Assembly (NCBI GenBank): GCA_964016885.1
Contig: OZ024753.1
Span: forward strand, 6,758,001-6,822,000
Direction: 5' to 3'
Origin: Eledone cirrhosa
Lineage: Eukaryota
DNA: 64,000 nucleotides
Position 1 is the stretch's first letter, and every line of letters begins with the position of its first letter. The translations under genes were made by a program, and so were the position numbers. Below the pieces are notes generated by a model. That model was not told the origin of the DNA and ran no database searches. It saw nothing but the letters and a program-made list of their open reading frames with translations. Below, piece after piece: positions 59,013-64,000 of this stretch.

Positions 59013-59507
59013 ATATATATATATATATATATTATTGTTATACTTTGAGAGTGTCATGATGCCACTTAAACAGACATGCACCAGCGGATAGTTGTATAGC
59101 CGGATGGTTGTTTGACAATCACCAACTAAACAACCCCCCAGTTATTAAGTTAACCGACTAGGGCATTATAATAATATAATGAATTAAAACCTTCAGGTGC
59201 GTGAGTTTTTGATTAGCAACATGGCCTTCCCAAAGGATAACAACACATGTTTCCATACATGTTTTCAGGTAAAATATCTTGCAAGCAAATACAAATCGAA
59301 GTATATATATGTGTATATATGAAAGGATTCATGACCCCGACGGCTGAGCTCCGGCCATTTCGACCGGGGTCCTGAATCTTTTCATATTAGCCACTCTACT
59401 ACTCCAAGTATCAAGTACTCTGCTGCGTTATGGTCACCTGGTATCTTACCACACCGTCTTTGTTATACATACATATACTTGTATATATATATATATATAT
59501 ATTATAA

Positions 59508-60166
59508 AAAAATACATTATGAAGAGAGAAGAAACATTTAGATATAATTAGTAATAAAATGTATCATACCTAAACTGTTCCTAAATTCCTCGACTACGTA
59601 GTTTCGTGGCATAAACAAAAACAATATATCAAAGATATAGAGTCCTTGCGAGGTCTGCCGACTTATCAAGAGGATACCTCATTTTACTAGTCTCAAGAAC
59701 GCGTCTACACGACGTGAGAAAGAATCCCAAAAGGCGGAGGGGGAGATAGTCACGCGATATAACGGTCGAGAAACAGAGCTAAGCCTGTTTCTCGACCGTT
59801 ATATCGCGTGACTATCTCCCCCTCCGCCTTTTGGGATTCTTTCTCACGTCGTGTAGACGCGTTCTTGAGACTAGTAAAATGAGGTATCCTCTTGATAAGT
59901 CGGCAGACCTCGCAAGGACTCTATATCTTTGATATATTGTTTTTGTTTGTGCCACGAAACTACGTAGTCGAGGAATTTAGGAACAGTTTAGGTATGATAC
60001 ATTTTATTACTAATTATATCTAAATGTTTCTTCTCTCTTCATAATGTATTTTTAACTCTGATACTGGTTCAGTCTAGTTCAAACTGAATTGGTCTGTCCC
60101 AGTCATTCATTGAGCAACATCGGTGAAGTTGGCACCCTTAACTCACAGTTGGGTGCGGATGCATTC
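59508..60166. mobile_element. 546-bp near-perfect palindrome plus tail, family L
   Basis: 269-bp arms at 59508-59776 and 59785-60053, 8-nt loop, tail to ~60166. Confidence 0.9.
59887..59974 (+). ncRNA. Type I hammerhead, U3-A8 variant (family L; mirror copy 59587-59674 minus)
   Basis: TCCTC-TTGATAA-gtcggcagac...gtttgtgccac-GAAA-CTACGTAG-TC-GAGGA; GUC site. Confidence 0.75.
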
Positions 60167-60226
60167 ATGTATATATGTGTGTGTCCGCATGTATCTGTGT
60201 GTTTCTAAATATATATATATTATATA

Positions 60227-60256
<30 letters not shown>

Positions 60257-60257
<1 letters not shown>

Positions 60258-60437
60258 GGTAAGTTATTCCGGGTTGAATCGGAGGTAACCATAGAAAGTA
60301 AGGTACTCAAACTCAATACATAGCAGAGTATAAAAGTGTTAATATAGAAGAGATTCTACAGGACTAGAACTGTTTCATTCGTGAGAAATCATCACAAATG
60401 AATAAGTTCTAGTCCTGTAGAATGTCTTCTATATTAA

Positions 60438-60474
<37 letters not shown>

Positions 60475-61075
60475 TAGTAACACAACAGTTACTCTTTTAC
60501 CTGTTTCAGTTAGTTCACCATACCGAGAACAATTGGTTCCCCTTATGCGGATCTTCAGCACGGACTCTGTGTGTGTTGCGTGTATAGAAGTATGGTGTGT
60601 GTGTGCGTGTGTGCGTGTGCGTGTGTGTAGAGAGGTTATATTTAATTTGTTGGGATACAACAAGCTAAAATATTAAATCAACAATAAATCTAATATCTCC
60701 ACTATCTACGAAGCTCCAACCGTTAAGGCTGCATTTCTTTAGGGTATGTCAATATTTATTTATAAAACTAATCTGTATTATATTTTATCTGATGAAAGCG
60801 CACCATAATCTGCCTTACTGTCCCTTGAAATATGTATAATAAAATAAATATGGTTTTATAAATATAGTTTCCATTTGTTAATATATTGTATATATATATA
60901 TATATATATAGGAGTAAGTAAGACCCCGACGGCTGAGCTCAAGCCGATTCGACGGCTAATTCTGTTGAGCTCTGCCGTCGGGGTCTTACTTACTCCTATT
61001 ACCCACTCTACTACCCTAAGTATTGAGTACTTTGGTGCGTTATGGTCCACCTGGTTCCTTACCACTTTTCCTTCG

Positions 61076-61076
<1 letters not shown>
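60257..61076. mobile_element. Consecutive inserts: family G (60257-60440), degenerate hammerhead-like insert (60474-60590), family B (60633-60888), family E (60910-61076)
   Basis: Homology to the earlier copies; family B hammerhead at 60781-60846 (+); each separated by (TA)n or (TG)n. Confidence 0.75.
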
Positions 61077-61119
<43 letters not shown>

Positions 61120-61439
61120 TGTATATATAGAAGTACGACCTGTGTGTGTTTGGTTGTGTGTAATCACTTATCTGTTGTAATGTATGAGAGCTCCAATCCT
61201 GCTCCATCTTTAAATGTATGTTCTTCTTGTCGGGGAGAGAAGATGGAGTTCATTGTCTTGAATTTAACCTAATATATCGTTTCCTTGTGTGTTGTAACTT
61301 TCTAGTGGCAGGACTTTGTTAATCTGTTTTAATCAAGAATATTTCATTCTCTGCATTGTCTTTGTTGACTACTATTAAAATAGATATCCTTTTGCTCGTG
61401 TCCTGTATCCATTAGTGTCCCTTTACTTAAAACAACGAA

Positions 61440-64000
61440 GAACAATTGAATGCTAATGAAAGTGCCGCTTGGAAGAATGAAATTATGATTGAGTGGATAA
61501 AAATAAAGGAAACTGACATAGGTGGTCGAAATAACCACTCTAAGATCCAGAATTCCAATGAAAACCACATGATAATGGGTAAGATTCAAATATCCCTTGA
61601 CGATATTATCGCTAAAAATATCCTAGGTATTACTGAAGTAAATGAGTTTTTGTGGAGTGGAAATCAAAATGCAAAGCAATGTACACAAAACACCTGCTTG
61701 AGAAAATCAATTGGCAAATAAACCTTCTCCCTTCTAACAGATATTTGGGCATATTACAACGTGGGTGACCCAGGTAAACAATCTATATTTAAAATATTGA
61801 AACGAAAATACAACTAAGTTTCAAGAAGTGACATAGATATGACAATACAAATATCCAAGGAAAAGGTGGCGACTAAATCTGCACGTTTAAGACGCTTTGT
61901 AAAACGTTCCAGATTCTATGAAGAGATTACTATGTTCAAAAACTACCCCACAACGTTTGACAGAAACAAATGGCTGCTAAACGATAACTGTTAAAACAAT
62001 GGAAGAAGTGCTTGAAATTTTAAGGAATATTTGGGCCGACCAGGACATTCATATATACATACTACATGAACAGACAGACACATGGCAGAGACAACTCAAT
62101 TGAAGAACAACATGGGAAGATCTAACAGTTGAACATCTGCGTTTAGCCCTTAGGAAATCCAGCAAATAGAAAGGCCCAGAAAGAGAAATACGAATTGTTT
62201 TGGTAAATATACAAAGCCATATGAGCTCTTAGCAGGACTTTATAACGAACCAGAAAAGATAACCTCGTCGCTAGTTAATGGCATTACTTTCTTACTTCAG
62301 AAGAATGATGGTTTCTTATGTAATCACAAGGCCAAAAAAAAAAAGCATAGTAGGAAATAATTGTTTCTACTTTTGGAACAAGGCCAGCAATTATCCAGTA
62401 CATTACTGGTACTTTATTTTATCAACCCCGTAAGGATGAAAAGCAAAGTTAACCTCGGCGGGATTTGAACTCGGTTCATAGAGGGACGTAACTCTACGCT
62501 GCAAAGCTTGATGTCTGACGCCCTATCGATACTGCCAATCCGCTGCCCTTACTTCCGAAAAATAATGAAACAAATAATCCAAAAAATTACAAATCGATAA
62601 CTGACTTGACCACAATATATAAAATCTTAACATTAATTGGCAGTATCGGTAGAGGGTCGGACATGCTTTCCAGCATAGTTACGTCCCTTTACGATCTGAG
62701 TTCAAATCCCGCCGAGGTTAACTTTGCCTTTCATCCTTACGGGGTCGATAAAATAAAGTAGCAGTAATGTACTGGGTAATTGCTGGCCTTGTTCCAAAAG
62801 TAGAAACCATTATTTCTAACTATGCTTTGCAGCATAGAGTTACGCCCCTTCCCGGTCTGAGTTCAAATCCCGCCGAGGTTAACTCTGCCTTTCATCCTTA
62901 CGGGGTCGATAAAATATTTGATAAGTAATTGCTGGCCTTGTGCCAAAAATAGAAACAGTGCCAAACGTAGAAACAATTATTTCTAACTACTCAGTATCAA
63001 ATGTATCAAATGAAATATTCCTCCATGAGAAGAAAGGCTGCAGACGATATTCAAATGGTTGTAAGGATCAGATTTTAATTCACAAAATAGTCCTAGAAAA
63101 TTGTTTCACTAAGCACAAGAATCTATCAATTACATTGATAGATTATAAAAAGCGTTTGATAGATTTGCATACAGTTGGATTGAAATATGTTTAGAGATTT
63201 TTAAAACATCTCCCATTAGCAAGAAGTCCCTATAGTTCGGTAGAAAATCATAAAAAATAACACTCATTTGGAACAGTGAAAGCAAACCCTAAATGCTGGA
63301 GAAATTGACATTACTTGTGGAAATGTTCAAGGGGAGTAGTTATCACCCCTTTTATTCTGTATCGCATTAATACATTTAAGTAAAATGCTCTATGAAACTA
63401 AACATGGAATATTGAGGTTATGACAAAACTATAAATCACTTCCTTTACTTGGATGATCTGAAGCTGTTTGCAAAAAGGGATGAGCAATTACCTGGACTAT
63501 TATCCACAGTAAAGCAGTTCAGTGATGATATTAAAGTGGATTTTGGACTATATAGTTACACCAAAGCCACGTTTCTCAGAGATCAGAGGTAAGCTGTTGA
63601 AAACCGCAGTCATTAGGTCAAAGTGATAAGAGAACTTGAAGAAACTTATAAATATCTAGGTGTGGGTGAAGAAGACGGAATGAAAAACTCGACAAAAAGA
63701 GAGATGATAAAGAAAGAATTTACCACAGAAGAGCAATTTTAAGATCAGAACTAAATACAAAGAATAGGATTGATGCCATAAACACACTTGCGATTCCAGT
63801 AGCAGCTTACAGTTTCAATATCATCAACTGGTCAAACCCAGAGAACTTTGAATTGGATACAAGAATTAGAAATCTATTAACCATGCACAAAATGTCACAC
63901 CATGGCAGATATAGACATATTATATACCCCTAGGAAAGGAGGCCGAAAACTAATCCAGTTACATATGACTTTGAAAGCTACAGGAATTGGATTATTGACA
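61440..64000 (+). pseudogene. Decayed Dong/R4-clade non-LTR retrotransposon reverse transcriptase, running off the window end
   Basis: Frameshifted motifs EKKGCRR..GCKDQILI, IDYKK, LSPLLFCIAL, INHFLYLDDLKLFAK, FSDDIKVDFGL, YKYLG, AINTLAIPV; interrupted by SINEs. Confidence 0.85.
62358..62980. mobile_element. SINEs nested in the LINE (~62358-62548 minus; 62636-62812 and 62820-62980 plus)
   Basis: Match the family consensus. Confidence 0.85.

Overview
AT-rich, repeat-saturated eukaryotic DNA, probably intronic or intergenic. The SINE families and (TA)n abundance suggest an octopus/cephalopod genome (inference). No intact protein-coding gene is recognisable, and almost all ORFs in the track are microsatellite artefacts. 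Identifiable content: ~40 full or partial copies of a tRNA-derived SINE, CORE-type SINE copies, hAT, Merlin, piggyBac, Tigger-like and Helitron-like non-autonomous elements, decayed Dong/R4 and RTE-like LINE fragments, and several tandem repeats. The main hidden signal is at least 12 unrelated families of 100-650 bp inserts in or beside (TA)n microsatellites. Many are near-perfect palindromes, and many carry a type I hammerhead ribozyme motif (CUGANGA or covaried UUGANAA core, GAAA, short self-complementary stem III). Several share a TACTC...GAGTRCT motif in a short unpaired tail, and they present a 3' end at both junctions. They resemble extremely truncated Penelope-like retroelement termini, with a dense cluster at 57.5-61.1 kb. 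All structures were assigned by eye, not computed.
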